This document shows positions 39,437 through 52,645 of a DNA stretch of 64,000 nucleotides, piece after piece (the stretch's first letter is position 1; each line of letters starts with the position of its first letter). Under the pieces are notes generated by a model, which ran no database searches, was not told the DNA's origin, and saw only the letters and a list, made by a program, of their open reading frames with translations. This DNA comes from Haliotis cracherodii (taxonomy: Eukaryota), in assembly GCF_022045235.1 (NCBI RefSeq), contig NW_027266286.1, positions 29,512,001-29,576,000 on the forward strand. Direction: 5' to 3'. Made by a program: the position numbers and the translations under genes.

Positions 39437-42353
39437 ATCAAGATGATTCAGCACTAGACTTAAGAGTCTCATCCTCCAAGTGTTGGGAGTCACTGACTGC
39501 AACAGTCTGTAGAGTGAGTGTTTCACACTGCAAGAGGCAATAGGGATGAAACGATACACCAAGTTCCCGATATGTGTCAGGATACATATCTAATGTCTAT
39601 CTACGGATCAGAAGGCAAGGTTGTTTCACTGCTGCCCTGCCCTGGAAACCCCTAAGGGTTACAGTATAGTTAGGTTGCTGGTATTACACGGCACTGAGCA
39701 GTATTCCAGCTTATATCAACTAAATGACAGCAGCCTGTAAAAAATCACCAGCCAGTATGTTAATTTTTATGACGAAATAAACAGAAGGAGATTTTTTTAA
39801 GTTGTGCTCCCTTTATACCATTTGCATGACTACTCCTCTTCCCTGCAACCACTGGACTATAATTCTTGAGATTAATGAGATCCATATTTACTTGGACATC
39901 ATGTTTTCATTTTGAAAGCTATGCCAGCACTATAAGGAATGTTAAGTCAGCTGAATATGAAATGAAACACATGGAAATGTATCATTTTAATCAAGTGAAC
40001 AGCTTGATATTCATTTATGTAAAATTCATTTTTTCTTACAATCCTGTGGATAAGAAACCCATTAAGATAATGGTATCAACCTGTGTGAGATCAAATTCCA
40101 GGTCTGTGATTGGCTACTCCATGGTGATGACCTAAGGTTAAATTATGAGGGACTACTTTCCTGATCATAATTCATTGATAAGTTACTGGGGCTTTGGTCA
40201 ATGTTCATGTCTGTGTTGAAACTTTTCAGTTTTAGAGTGTTGATCAATGTTCTTTGGTCTCCTCTACTTTGCATTATCGCCTTGATAATCCACAGATATG
40301 CCGGAGACTATTTTTGTTGTGGGTCACGCAAGGTATTGGTAGTAAGCAGGTTAGATGACGACACAAATAAACATTGTGTTATGTATTAATGCACCACAGG
40401 GTTCATGAGAATAGACAAAATATGCCTCGATTTGATGCTAAAATGGCGTGATTTTAGGGTGTGTAAGGGATAGATTACTGCATACTGTCAGATACCATTT
40501 GGCTTGTTAAATACCTTTTGAAATCACTCGTACGATAAGATGTATCTTGACAGACACTCATGTAGTAATCTCAGTTTCATTATTTATTTTTAAATGACAG
40601 AATGTGTTTTGAGTTTTTATGCATCGTGGTATGAGACAAACATATTGAGGATGTTGTCTCAGCAATAAATCATGCAACTGAGGGGAGCTTCCATGTACCA
40701 GTGTTGAGTCCAGTTCTCATGATTTTCAGTGAGCTGTGACAAGGTCTGTTAACATGGTGACACGGGTTGACCTTGCACTCATCTAGTTGTAGTGGATACG
40801 CTGTCATATTCACCAGGGAAATATCTCTCATTGGTTTACCCCACCATTGCCATATTCTGCATAACCATCTACAGATGAAATGTTGCAGCCACTGCGTGCA
40901 AGTTTTTACACAAGGCAGAAATGTTTGTCCAGTACGCACAAATGTACAGAATGGGTGCAGAACAAATATAGTGCATCCCTCGGGATGAGCAGTAATGTTC
41001 ATTGTATCACATTCTTGACAAGAAATTTATAGGCCCTGTAATTAAGGAAATTATCAACAGTCCTGTACACTACATCATTTAATTACTTTACAGGACCCTT
41101 GAAATTAATTATGGACCCTAGTTTTGTAGGTCAAGATAAAACTGTGCCTGTATCTGCATCACTAGCTGAAGTGATGCTTCTGCTGTCTGTTGGTTTACAT
41201 AGCGTTTTGAGGTGGTAATTTAAACAAATATTATGGAGTTTTTGCAAAACTTTGTTTATTGGCATTCCTGGTTAGGCCATGAGGCCTTATTTGTTGGATC
41301 AGAGACATTGTTGTTGTCAAAGTCTTAAGTCGGAGGAGGAATAAAAACATAATTTGAAAAAAGCTGGCATCAGCGGATTTTTTTAAAACTGGATCAAGGA
41401 TTGTTTTCACAAATATTACCTGAAGGAGGGAGAAAAAAATATAAAAAATATTAATATATTTGCCATCTTGAGTAATCCCAAAGTAATTTTGCGTGTATGA
41501 CTGAAAAGAAATAAGTGTAAACTTGTATTAATATTGTTACCAATTGTAAAGAAAATAGGGTTGGACGATCTATTATCCAACAACAAATAGATAATGGCCT
41601 TAAGTTCAATAGCCAGAACACAGAATGTCTAAAACTGTCCTTGAATCGTTGTCTCGACAGTAACTTTAACAATTGGTCATAGATTTGGATGTGTTTGTTC
41701 TTTTGTTATTTAGCACAGCTCTATTCCAGCTAAACAATGGAGGTGTGTAAATCAGTGATTGGTATTACAAACAACTTCCTACACTGTCAGATATCAATGC
41801 CACACATTCTATCATGTCATAGAGATGGACCATTTGAAGCATTGAGTGGCCTATACGACAAGCATAGCCTACTGGGGATCCTAACCCGGGATATACACAG
41901 GGGTATTAAAGTATTAGAGTACAATGGCTTTCTGGTCTATGATAATACATGTAGTTGATTCTGAGAACGTGGAGATAAATGTTCCTCTACAGGATTCCAG
42001 GACAGAGATCCCAAGTAACCCATGCTTCTCATAAAAGCCTTCTAATGAGAATCGGATGGTTACAGTGTCCTTACTGATTATGCCCTGACCAAGTGAACCA
42101 TAGCTCATGCTGTCAGTGACTGGTTTCCTGGCCTAGAAAGAGTGCTATGATACATCAGGCATATCACTGACTGTGGTGTGAACGACATTCACAGACTCAA
42201 AATATTCAATGGGTGGCTCCTAGCAAAACTAACCACAGAAGAAATTTTGCTTCTGTGAAGCTTTCAGTTTCAAAGTGGATGCATTGCCGAATGTAATATG
42301 AGTAGTAATCATACTTGTTCAAGACTTAAATATGACATTATCTCCTGTTGTAG

Positions 42354-42396
42354 ATGGAGCCGCCTACAGCTTGGGGAGAATCAATCGTGACTGTTG
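42354..42396 (+). CDS. AMD1: AMD1 exon 6: (N)GAAYSLGRINRDC(W)
   Basis: Acceptor tgttgtag, donor TG|GTATGT, 43 nt; NGAAY..GR.N.DCW motif. Confidence 0.93.
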
Positions 42397-42493
42397 GTAT
42401 GTATGTTTCTGTAATCATTTATTTAGAATATTGTTTGTCCTTGTTTTATCAGTTACATCCCTGTTTTGGGGTGGTTGGCTTTGACTTATGTCT

Positions 42494-45400
42494 GGGGAAC
42501 TGGTTGGGGAGAAGAACAAGCTGGTTGGGAGAGAGGAGCAAGCTGGTGGGGGAGGCGAACAAGCTGGTTGGGGGAAGGGGAACAAGCTGGGTGGGGGGAA
42601 GGGGAACAAGCTGGTTGGGGGAAGGGGAACAAGCTGGTGGGGGGAAGGGGAACAAGCTGGTGGGGGGAAGGGGAACAGGCTGGTTGGGGGAAGGGGAACA
42701 AGCTGGTTGGGGGAGAGGAACAAGCTGGTTGGGGGAGAGGAACAAGCTGGTTGGGGGAAGGGGAACAAGCTGGTTGGGGGAAGGGGAACAAGCTGGTGGG
42801 GGTAAGGGGAACAAGCTGGTTGGGGGAGAGGAACAAGCTGGTTGGGGGAGGCGAACAAGCTGGTTGGGGGAGAGGAACAAGCTGGTTGGGGAGAAGAACA
42901 AGCTGGTTGGGGGAAGGGGAACAAGCTGGTTGGGGGAAGGGGAACAAGCTGGTTGGGGGAAGGGGAACAGGCTGGTTGGGGGAGAGGAACAAGCTGGTGG
43001 GGGGAAGGGGAACAAGCTGGTGGGGGGAAGGGGAACAAGCTGGTTGGGGGAAGGGGAACAAGCTGGTTGGGGGAGAGGAACAAGCTGGTTGGGGGAGAGG
43101 AACAAGCTGGTTGGGGGAAGGGGAACAAGCTGGTTGGGGGAAGGGGAACAAGCTGGTGGGGGTAAGGGGAACAAGCTGGTTGGGGGAGAGGAACAAGCTG
43201 GTTGGGGGAGGCGAACAAGCTGGTTGGGGGAGAGGAACAAGCTGGTTGGGGAGAAGAACAAGCTGGTTGGGGGAAGGGGAACAAGCTGGTTGGGGGAAGG
43301 GGAACAAGCTGGTTGGGGGAAGGGGAACAAGCTGGTTGGGGGAAGGGGAACAAGCTGGTGGGGGTAAGGGGAACAAGCTGGTTGGGGGAGAGGAACAAGC
43401 TGGCGGGGGGAAGGGGAACAAGCTGGTTGGGGGAGAGGAACAAGCTGGTTGGGGAAGGGGAACAAGCTGGTTGGGGAAGGGGAACAAGCTGGTGGGGGGA
43501 GAGGAACAAGCTGTTTGGGGAGAAGAACAAGCTGGTGGGGGGAAGGGGAACAAGCTGGGTGGGGAGAGAGGAGCAAGCTGGTGGGGGGAGGCGAACAAGC
43601 TGGTTGGGCGAGAGGAACAAGCTGGTTGGGGGAGGCGAACAAACTGGTTGGGGGAGAGGAATAAGCTGGTGGGGGGAAGGGGAACAAGCTGGTTGGGGGA
43701 AGGGGAACAAGCTGGTTGGGGGAGAGGAACAAGCTGGTTGGGGGAGAGGAACAAGCTGGTGGGGGGAGAGGAACAAGCTGGTTGGGGGAGAGGAACAAGC
43801 TGGTTGGGGGAGAGGAACAAGCTGGTTGGGGGAGAAGAGCAAGCTGGTTGGGGGAAGGGGAACAAGCTGGTTGGGGGAAGGGGAACAGGCTGGTTGGGGG
43901 GAAGGGGAACAAGCTGGATGGGGGGAGAGGAACAAGCTGGTTGGGGGAGTGGAACAAGCTGGTTGGGGGAGAGGAACAAGCTGGTTGGGGGAGAAGAGCA
44001 AGCTGGTGGGGGGAAGGGGAACAAGCTGGTTGGGGGAAGGGGAACAAGCTGGTTGGGGGGAAGGGGAACAAGCTGGTTGGGGGGAAGGGGAACAAGCTGG
44101 TTGGGGGAAGGGGAACAAGCTGGTTGGGGGAAGGGGAACAAGCTGGTTGGGGGAAGGGGAACAAGCTGGTTGGGGGGAAGGGGAACAAGCTGGTTGGGGG
44201 AAGGGGAACAAGCTGGTTGGGGGAAGGGGAACAAGCTGGTTGGGGGGAAGGGGAACAAGCTGGTTGGGGGGAAGGGGAACAAGCTGGTTGGGGGGAAGGG
44301 GAACAAGCTGGTTGGGGGAAGGGGAACAAGCTGGTTGGGGGAAGGGGAACAAGCTGGTTGGGGGGAAGGGGAACAAGCTGGTTGGGGGAAGGGGAACAGG
44401 CTGGGTGGGGGGAAGGGGAACAAGCTGGTTGGGGGAAGGGGAACAAGCTGGGTGGGGGGAAGGGGAACAAGCTGGTTGGGGGAAGGGGAACAAGCTGGTT
44501 GGGGGAGAAGAGCAAGCTGGTTGGGGGAAGGGGAACAAGCTGGTTGGGGGAAGGGGAACAGGCTGGGTGGGGGGAAGGGGAACAAGCTGGTTGGGGGAGA
44601 AGAGCAAGCTGGTTGGGGGAAGGGGAACAAGCTGGTTGGGGGAAGGGGAACAGGCTGGGTGGGGGGAAGGGGAACAGGCTGGTTGGGGGGAAGGGGAACA
44701 GGCTGGTTGGGGGAAGGGGAACAAGCTGGTTGGGGGGAAGGGGAACAAGCTGGTTGGGGGAAGGGGAATGAGCTGGTTGGGGGGAAGGGGAACAAGCTGG
44801 GTGGGGGAAGGGGAACAAGCTGGTGGGGGAAAGGGAACAAGCTGGTTGGGGGGAAGGGGAACAGGCTGGTTGGGGGGAAGGGGAACAGGCTGGTTGGGGG
44901 GAAGGGGAACAGGCTGGTTGGGGGAAGGGGAACAAGCTGGTTGGGGGGAAGGGGAACAGGCTGGTTGGGGGAAGGGGAATGAGCTGGTTGGGGGGAAGGG
45001 GAACAAGCTGGGTGGGGGAAGGGGAACAAGCTGGTGGGGGAAGGGGAACAGGCTGGGTGGGGGGAAGGGGAACAAGCTGGTTGGGGGAAGGGGAACAAGC
45101 TGGTTGGGGGGAAGGGGAACAGGCTGGTTGGGGGGAAGGGGAACAGGCTGGTTGGGGGGAAGGGGAACAGGCTGGTTGGGGGAAGGGGAACAAGCTGGTT
45201 GGGGGAAGGGGAACAGGCTGGTTGGGGGAAGGGGAACAAGCTGGGTGGGGGAAGGGGAACAAGCTGGTGGGGGAAGGGGAACAGGCTGGTTGGGGGGAAG
45301 GGGAATGAGCTGGTTGGGGGAAGGGGAACAAGCTGGTTGGGGGAAGGGGAACAAGCTGGGTGGGGGAAGGGGAACAAGCTGGTGGGGGAAGGGGAACAAG

Positions 45401-46470
45401 CTGGTTGGGGGGAAGGGGAACAGGCTGGTTGGGGGGAAGGGGAACAGGCTGGTTGGGGGGAAGGGGAATGAGCTGGTTGGGGGAAGGGGAACAAGCTGGT
45501 TGGGGGGAAGGGGAACAAGCTGGTTGGGGGAAGGGGAACAGGCTGGGTGGGGGGAAGGGGAACAAGCTGGTTGGGGGAAGGGGAACAAGCTGGGTGGGGG
45601 GAAGGGGAACAAGCTGGTTGGGGGAAGGGGAACAAGCTGGTTGGGGGAGAAGAGCAAGCTGGTTGGGGGAAGGGGAACAAGCTGGTTGGGGGAAGGGGAA
45701 CAGGCTGGGTGGGGGGAAGGGGAACAAGCTGGTTGGGGGAGAAGAGCAAGCTGGTTGGGGGAAGGGGAACAAGCTGGTTGGGGAAGGGGAACAAGCTGGT
45801 TGGGGGAGAAGAGCAAGCTGGTTGGGGGGAAGGGGAACAAGCTGGTTGGGGGAAGGGGAACAGGCTGGGTGGGGGGAAGGGGAACAAGCTGGTTGGGGGA
45901 AGGGGAACAAGCTGGTTGGGGGGAAGGGGAACAAGCTGGTTGGGGGAAGGGGAACAGGCTGGTTGGGGGGAAGGGGAACAGGCTGGTTGGGGGGAAGGGG
46001 AACAGGCTGGTTGGGGGAAGGGGAACAAGCTGGTTGGGGGGAAGGGGAACAAGCTGGTTGGGGGAAGGGGAATGAGCTGGTTGGGGGGAAGGGGAACAAG
46101 CTGGGTGGGGGAAGGGGAACAAGCTGGTGGGGGAAAGGGAACAAGCTGGTTGGGGGGAAGGGGAACAGGCTGGTTGGGGGGAAGGGGAACAGGCTGGTTG
46201 GGGGGAAGGGGAACAGGCTGGTTGGGGGAAGGGGAATGAGCTGGTTGGGGGGAAGGGGAACAAGCTGGGTGGGGGAAGGGGAACAAGCTGGTGGGGGAAA
46301 GGGAACAAGCTGGTTGGGGGGAAGGGGAACAGGCTGGTTGGGGGGAAGGGGAACAGGCTGGTTGGGGGAAGGGGAATGAGCTGGTTGGGGGAAGGGGAAC
46401 AAGCTGGTTGGGGGGAAGGGGAACAAGCTGGTTGGGGGAAGGGGAACAAGTTGGTTGGGGGAAGAAGCTT
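42494..46470 (+). repeat. G-rich minisatellite, ~22-24-bp unit GGGGAACAAGCTGGTTGGGGGAA, ~4 kb, in AMD1 intron 6
   Basis: Direct periodicity; it explains all the long overlapping ORFs here. Confidence 0.97.
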
Positions 46471-47211
46471 GGCGTGAGGTAGAATCTGGGCTGGGTAAGA
46501 AGAATCAAAATAACACACCTGGTTTATCAGGGAGAGGCTTGTCAAAGACATACAGAATAAGTGGGAACAGAAAAAGTGAGAAAAGCAATTTTCGAATTCT
46601 CTGTTTATCTGAAACTGTTTTGTGAAATGTGGCAGGATTTTTAACAATGTTATAGTGATTTCACGGGGATAAGGCCATTGTTCAGAGAACTGCTGAAGCT
46701 ATGAATGGTATTTGAGGCAGGGAAACTATTTCTGACTATATGTTCGCAAGCGTGATTACCAGACTTGTGATCTGGATTTCTAAATCTTTTCCACATTCCT
46801 GATTTGTTAGTCAGTGGATCCGTGTCCCAAATGAAAAAAGTTGATGCCTATTAATCCTTTAAGTTTTGTAAAATGAACTCTATGGTGTTATTGGGAGGGT
46901 CCATGAAATAAATACATTAACACTTGACATGAGAAAAACAAACTATGAGGAGTTACTGATTATCTGCCCCAGTGAATGAATGGTGTAAGCCCATGCCTAT
47001 GGCCTACATTAGTTTTCGAGTAGGTTATTCTGTGTATTTCTCTGTCCTTATACCAGTCTTCAAAATTATGCTGAAAATAATGGGGACCTTGTCATAATCC
47101 TAATGTTAAATATCCCTGTGTTACAGGTTTTCAGGCACTTAAGAAACATTTGTAGTTTCTCTCTCATCACATGAACAGCTGTAAAACATCTCACTCACTT
47201 ATTATAGAAAA

Positions 47212-47385
47212 GGGCGGTCGGGTAGCCTAGTGGTTAAAGCGTTCGCTCGTCACTCCGAAGACCCGGGTTCGATTCCCGACATGGGTACAATGTGTGAAGC
47301 CCATTTCTGGTGTCCCCCGCCGTGATATTGCTGGAATATTGCTAAAAGCGGCGTAAAACCAAACTCACTCACTCACTCACTCACT
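47212..47385 (+). mobile_element. tRNA-derived SINE family A, intact reference copy
   Basis: A box TAGCCTAGTGG, B box GGTTCGATTCC, (ACTC)n tail, 12-bp TSD TATTATAGAAAA. Confidence 0.93.
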
Positions 47386-48057
47386 ATTATAGAAAACTTT
47401 CTCATTAAAATAAGCCATCATCTGAGTATTTGCATTGTTTGTGTGATACTTTACCCCTCGTTATAGCACGAGGACTGGCGATATGATGTCTAAAAACCTA
47501 TGATCCAACGATATTAAGGTTGAGGGGGGTCCCTAGATTAAGTATTACAGCAGCAAGTTTCAGTGAAACCCATTCATTTCGAACACTGTCAACCCTATCT
47601 AGAAACTTCACTGAAGCTTCAGATGAAGATATGTCATTGATTTGTGATGTCACAAACATAGGATGACATGATATTGTCAAAAATTCTCAACAGTGAAGTA
47701 GTGATATGTCCTTCAACTGACCAATCAGAATTGAGAATCACATATATTAGCAACTTTTAAAGCTGATTGGTGAGTTGAAACAATATAACATCATTGCTGA
47801 TGGAAATGTGTCATCCAACTTTCTATGAAGAATTGACTTATCATACATCTTCAGGGGTAGAAAGATTTAGTATTTTAACTTTCTGATACTTGCACATATG
47901 TAAATGCACATGTGCAGAATTGGAAATTTATTACAAATATATACAAAAGATATGCACTCATGATGAAAACATCTTTGTCTGCTTGTGGTGTAATGTGACT
48001 TTTGTCTGAGCCCTACATATTGTGTGAAGTTCAGGGATGTATTTTGTATACTTGCAG

Positions 48058-48112
48058 GTACCTATACACACTGGATGAGGAAGGTGTTACTCGACCAGAT
48101 CAGACTTTTGAA
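48058..48112 (+). CDS. AMD1: AMD1 exon 7: (W)YLYTLDEEGVTRPDQTFE; ends at a U12 AT donor
   Basis: Acceptor cttgcag; WYLYTLD...PDQTFE; followed directly by ATATCCTTT. Confidence 0.92.
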
Positions 48113-49018
48113 ATATCCTTTAAGCCATAACTTCACAAGCAGGGAATATTGAAAAGAAGGGATGGTATTATAATATTGATGAGCACTTTACCAAGGCTGT
48201 AATTTGCCTGACATAAATAGGAAACCTTTGGGATCTTGTCTCCATCCAAATAGCCATTACGGCCTTGTTTACATCGAAATGGCCATTAGGACCTTGTTTA
48301 CATCGAAATAGCCATTAGGACCTTGTTTACATCGAAATAGCCATTAGGACCTTGTTTACATCGAAATAGCCATTGGGACCTTGTTTACATCGAAATAGCC
48401 ATTGGGACCTTGTTTACATCGAATTAGCCATTGGGGCCTTGTTTACATCGAAATAGTCATTGGGACCTTGTTTACATCGAAATAGCCATTCGGACCTTGT
48501 TTACATCGAAATAGCCATTGAGACCTTGTTTACATCGAAATAGCCATTGAGACCTTGTTTACATCGAAATAGCCATTGGGATCTTGTTTACATCGAAATA
48601 GCCATTGGGACCTTGTTTACATCGAATTAGCCATTGGGGCCTTGTTTACATCGAAATGGCCAATTGGGACCTTGTTTACAACGAATTAACCATTGGGGCC
48701 TTGTTTACATCGAAATGGCCATTGGGACCTTGTTTACATCAAAATAGCCATTGGGACCTTGTTTACATCGAAATAGCCATTGTGATATTGTTTATATCAA
48801 AATAGCCATTGGGATCTTGTTTACATCAAAATAGCCATTGGGATCTTGTTTTCATCCAGAAAGCTGTTAGGGCCTTTTTTCTGTCAAAATATCAACTGGG
48901 ACCTTGTGTTCATCTTAATAGCTGGAAGACCCTGATTAAGACAACAGTTCCAATATTCCCCTGAATAGTCCTTAGGTCCTGTATATCCCACCAATGTTTG
49001 TACCTTAACCACATCCAC
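48113..49018 (+). other. U12-type (minor spliceosome) AT-AC intron, AMD1 intron 7
   Basis: 5' ATATCCTTT at 48113, branch site TACCTTAAC at 49001-49009, 3' CCAC ending 49018. Splicing gives DQTFE|LLM, colinear with the family motif DQTLEILM. Confidence 0.92.
48228..48920. repeat. Minisatellite, 29-bp unit GCCATTGGGACCTTGTTTACATCGAAATA, ~23 copies, inside the U12 intron
   Basis: Direct tandem periodicity. Confidence 0.96.
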
Positions 49019-49099
49019 CTGCTCATGTGGGACATGTGCCCAGAGAAGATGAAGATATTTACAAAGGAGGTGTGCGTAGACGGACCCGAGGCTACAAAG
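49019..49099 (+). CDS. AMD1: AMD1 exon 8: LLMWDMCPEKMKIFTKEVCVDGPEATK
   Basis: AC acceptor, donor AAG|GTAGGT, 81 nt, phase 0-0. Confidence 0.9.
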
Positions 49100-50159
49100 G
49101 TAGGTCTGATCTTCTTCAGTCATACTAACCGAAGTGTCTACATCAGCAGTCCCAGTGCCTATCAAAGATCCGAACATCAGCAGCCTGCTGGGTAGTTCAG
49201 TGGTCTTAAAGTGCTGCAGTTAGCCATGCAGAGTTGCATCTCTTTGGATGTGCCGGGATCCTTGATTTTAGTTTGAACATAGAATTTAGCCAGATTGTGA
49301 TCTTTGGTTAGTTAGCACCATATCCCTGTTCATATGTTCGCCTTGGTGACAAACATCACAGTAAGTTGACATGCTGTGATCCAACAAATATGAATTGTGG
49401 ATACTGTACACTTGGCCAACATATTCAGATAACAATTTCATAGACCCCTGAAGATCCAGGCGAGAATAGGTCTTCAGCAACCCATGTTTGTCGTAGGAGG
49501 CTTGCTGACTTGGTTGATATATGTCATCATATCTCAATTGCATGGATCAATGCTCATGATATCAATCCATGGATTTTCTAGTCCAGCCCGGATTATCTAC
49601 AGACCGCTGGAATATTGCTGAGTGCAATGTTAAACAAGAAACAAACAATTTGATAACATGGTGTGTGTTTTTTTTATCGTATTATATTTCCCCCAAGGTA
49701 CCTACAAAATCCTTAATACCTGTAATATAATAGACTAGCTTATTCAGTCATGTTGGAGATTACACTATGAGATATATATGATGTTGTAGACACACATGCC
49801 CTTTACAGATATGCCATTATGGTGAACATGATGTGTGCATCTAAGCATGGCATGAATTGTTGGTTGACTTCCTCCAGAAAGAGCTTCCATACAGACTGTA
49901 ATTGCTTTTGCTTGTGTGGTAATCCCATGGCGGCCTGCCACAAGTGGACAGTGTATGAACCACTCAACGTTAACTCTAACAGGGACGCCGACATATTTCA
50001 CACTATTTACAAGGGTAGTTGGAGGCATCCATTGTCATCCTGCGAAGTCCATCTATGTGTTACTGAACTGATATTGCTGGAATACTGCTCTCAAAGGACA
50101 TAAAAGCACAATTCTCTTATACACTTATACAGTATTTAATTATATTTTTATTTAGATAA

Positions 50160-50700
50160 GTATAGGGTTTGGGCTAAAACCCAAGAGTTGTCTCAAGGAG
50201 AGGATACCCTAACAACAAAAACAGATACCCTCAAAAGACACTAAACCAGTGATCTTCATCACAGAATACAACCCCACTGCTCTCAAGGTCAGCTCCGTGA
50301 TCAAAAAGTCCTGGCACCTACTCAAAGGGCCAGATACCTGCAAAGACACGTTCTGAGTCCCACACATCACGGCATATAGAAAGAACCGCACACATAAGAC
50401 ATTCTCATGAAAGCGGCAATCGCATATCCACCATGCAAACCACAAATCAGTGGCCACACTGACCAACCTGGATGACAAATGTCACAAACAATTATGTTAA
50501 ATCTGCGTGACTATAAAGTTAGTCAACCCTTCAGTAGCCACACAACAGAAACCAGAGACCTACCCTATCAAATCATACAACAGCTTAAAACCGACCCTGA
50601 GTCAGACCAGAGCACGGCTAGACACCAATCCATCAAACGTAAATGGATTTTTTATCTGAAAACTATCCACCTGCAATACATGAACAATAAGATCTAATGT
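50160..50700 (+). mobile_element. Penelope-like element remnant (linker and GIY-YIG C-terminus)
   Basis: PVIFITEYNP....SSVIKKSWHLL...AYRK and KWIFYLKTIH...MN patterns; degenerate. Confidence 0.55.
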
Positions 50701-50865
50701 TAATAAATAATGGTGATTGTCGGTCACACGTAACAGATGTTGTGGACAATACATACAAATAATGTACCACCATTTCCATATATGATGATAAGATTTATTA
50801 TTTGTCATATTTGCCACTGTCAGGGTTGTAGAAAATAGCAACCATGTATACATGTAGGTACTAAG

Positions 50866-52528
50866 GCCATGCCTGTTTCTGCCCCTTCTGTGTCAAATAG
50901 GGAGGTACCATGTCTGTCTCAGTCCCCCTCTGTGTCAAATAGGGAGGTACCGTGTGTGTTTCAGCCCCCTCTGTGTCAAATAGGGAGGTATGATGTGTTT
51001 CAGTCCCCCTTTGTCAAATAGGGAGGTACCATGTGTGTTTCAGCCCCCTCTGTGTCAAATAGGGAGGTACCATGTTTGTTTCAGTCCCCCTTTGTCAAAT
51101 AGGGAGGTACCATGTGTGTTTCAGCCCTCCTGTGTCAAATAGGGAGGTACCATGTGTGTTTCAGTCCCCCTCTATGTCAAATAGGGAGGTCACATGTGTG
51201 TTTCAGCCCCCTCTGTGTCAAATAGGGAGGTACCATGTGTGTTTCAGACCCCCTTTGTCAAATAGGGAGGTACCGTGTGTGTTTCAGCCCCCTCTGTGTC
51301 AAATAGGGAGGTACCCTGTGTGTTTCAGTCCCCCTTTGTCAAATAGGGAGGTACCATGTGTGTTTCAGCCCTCCTGTGTCAAATAGGGAGGTACCATGTG
51401 TGTTTCAGTCCCCCTCTATGTCAAATAGGGAGGTCACATGTGTGTTTCAGCCCCCCTCTTTGTCAAATAGGGAGGTATGATGTGTTTCAGTCCCCCTTTG
51501 TCAAATAGGGAGGTACCATGTGTGTTTCAGCCCCCTCTGTGTCAAATAGGGAGGTACCATGTTTGTTTCAGTCCCCCTTTGTCAAATAGGGAGGTACCAT
51601 GTGTGTTTCAGCCCTCCTGTGTCAAATAGGGAGGTACCATGTGTGTTTCAGTCCCCCTCTATGTCAAATAGGGAGGTCACATGTGTGTTTCAGCCCCCTC
51701 TGTGTCAAATAGGGAGGTACCATGTGTGTTTCAGACCCCCTTTGTCAAATAGGGAGGTACCGTGTGTGTTTCAGCCCCCTCTGTGTCAAATAGGGAGGTA
51801 CCCTGTGTGTTTCAGTCCCCCTTTGTCAAATAGGGAGGTACCATGTGTGTTTCAGCCCCCTCTGTGTCAAATAGGGAGGTACCATGTGTGTTTCAGCCCC
51901 CTCTGTGTCAAATAGGGAGATACCATGTGTGTTTCAGTCCCCATTTGTCAAATAGGCAGGTACCATGTGTGTTTCAGCCCCCTCTGTGTCAAATAGGTAG
52001 GTACCATGTGTGTTTCAGACCCCCTTTGTCAAATAGGCAGGTACCATGTGTGTTTCAGCCCCCTTTGTGTCAAATAGGCAGGTACCATGTGTGTTTCAGC
52101 CCCCTTTGTGTCAAATAGGGAGGTACCATGTCTGTCTCAGTCCCCCTCTTTGTCAAATAGGGAGGTATGATGTGTTTCAGTCCCTCTTTGTCAAATAGGT
52201 AGGTACCATGTGTGTTTCAGCCCCTCTGTGTCAAATAGGGAGGTACCATGTGTGTTTCAGACCCCCTTTGTCAAATAGGGAGGTGCCATGCCTGTTTCAG
52301 TCCCCCTCTGTCAAATAGGGAGGTACCCTGTGTGTTTCAGTCCCCCTTTGTCAAATAGGGAGGTGCCATGCCTGTTTCAGTCCCCCTTTGTCAAATAGGG
52401 AGGTACCCTGTGTGTTTCAGTCCCCCTTTGTGTCAAATAGGCAGGTACCATGTCTGTCTCAGTCCCCCTCTGTGTCAAATAGGCAGGTACCATGTGTGTT
52501 TCAGTCCCCCTGTGTCAAATAGGAAGGT
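50866..52528. repeat. Minisatellite, ~40-42-bp unit GTCAAATAGGGAGGTACCATGTGTGTTTCAGCCCCCTCTGT, ~41 copies
   Basis: Direct periodicity; 487-bp higher-order duplication (51072 vs 51559). Confidence 0.96.
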
Positions 52529-52645
52529 GCTTGATCAAGACACAATGAATCACATTCCCCACCACCCCCTTTAAAGAAGCTGTCTCCGCACTTCACATGG
52601 AATGTGACGACAATATCAATATCTATGTAATAAACGCTATAAATA

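Noticed and set aside
42354-46647. Very long overlapping ORFs (up to 1410 aa) on both strands
   Set aside because: Translations of a stop-poor minisatellite, open in many frames at once, inside an AMD1 intron. Only 42354-42396 is coding, in a different frame.
47212-47285. tRNA gene
   Set aside because: A and B boxes are present, but it continues into a SINE body with a microsatellite tail, has a TSD and is multi-copy.
49011-49012. Alternative AC acceptor 6 nt upstream (adds IH)
   Set aside because: Too close to the U12 branch site, and it breaks colinearity with DQTLEILM.
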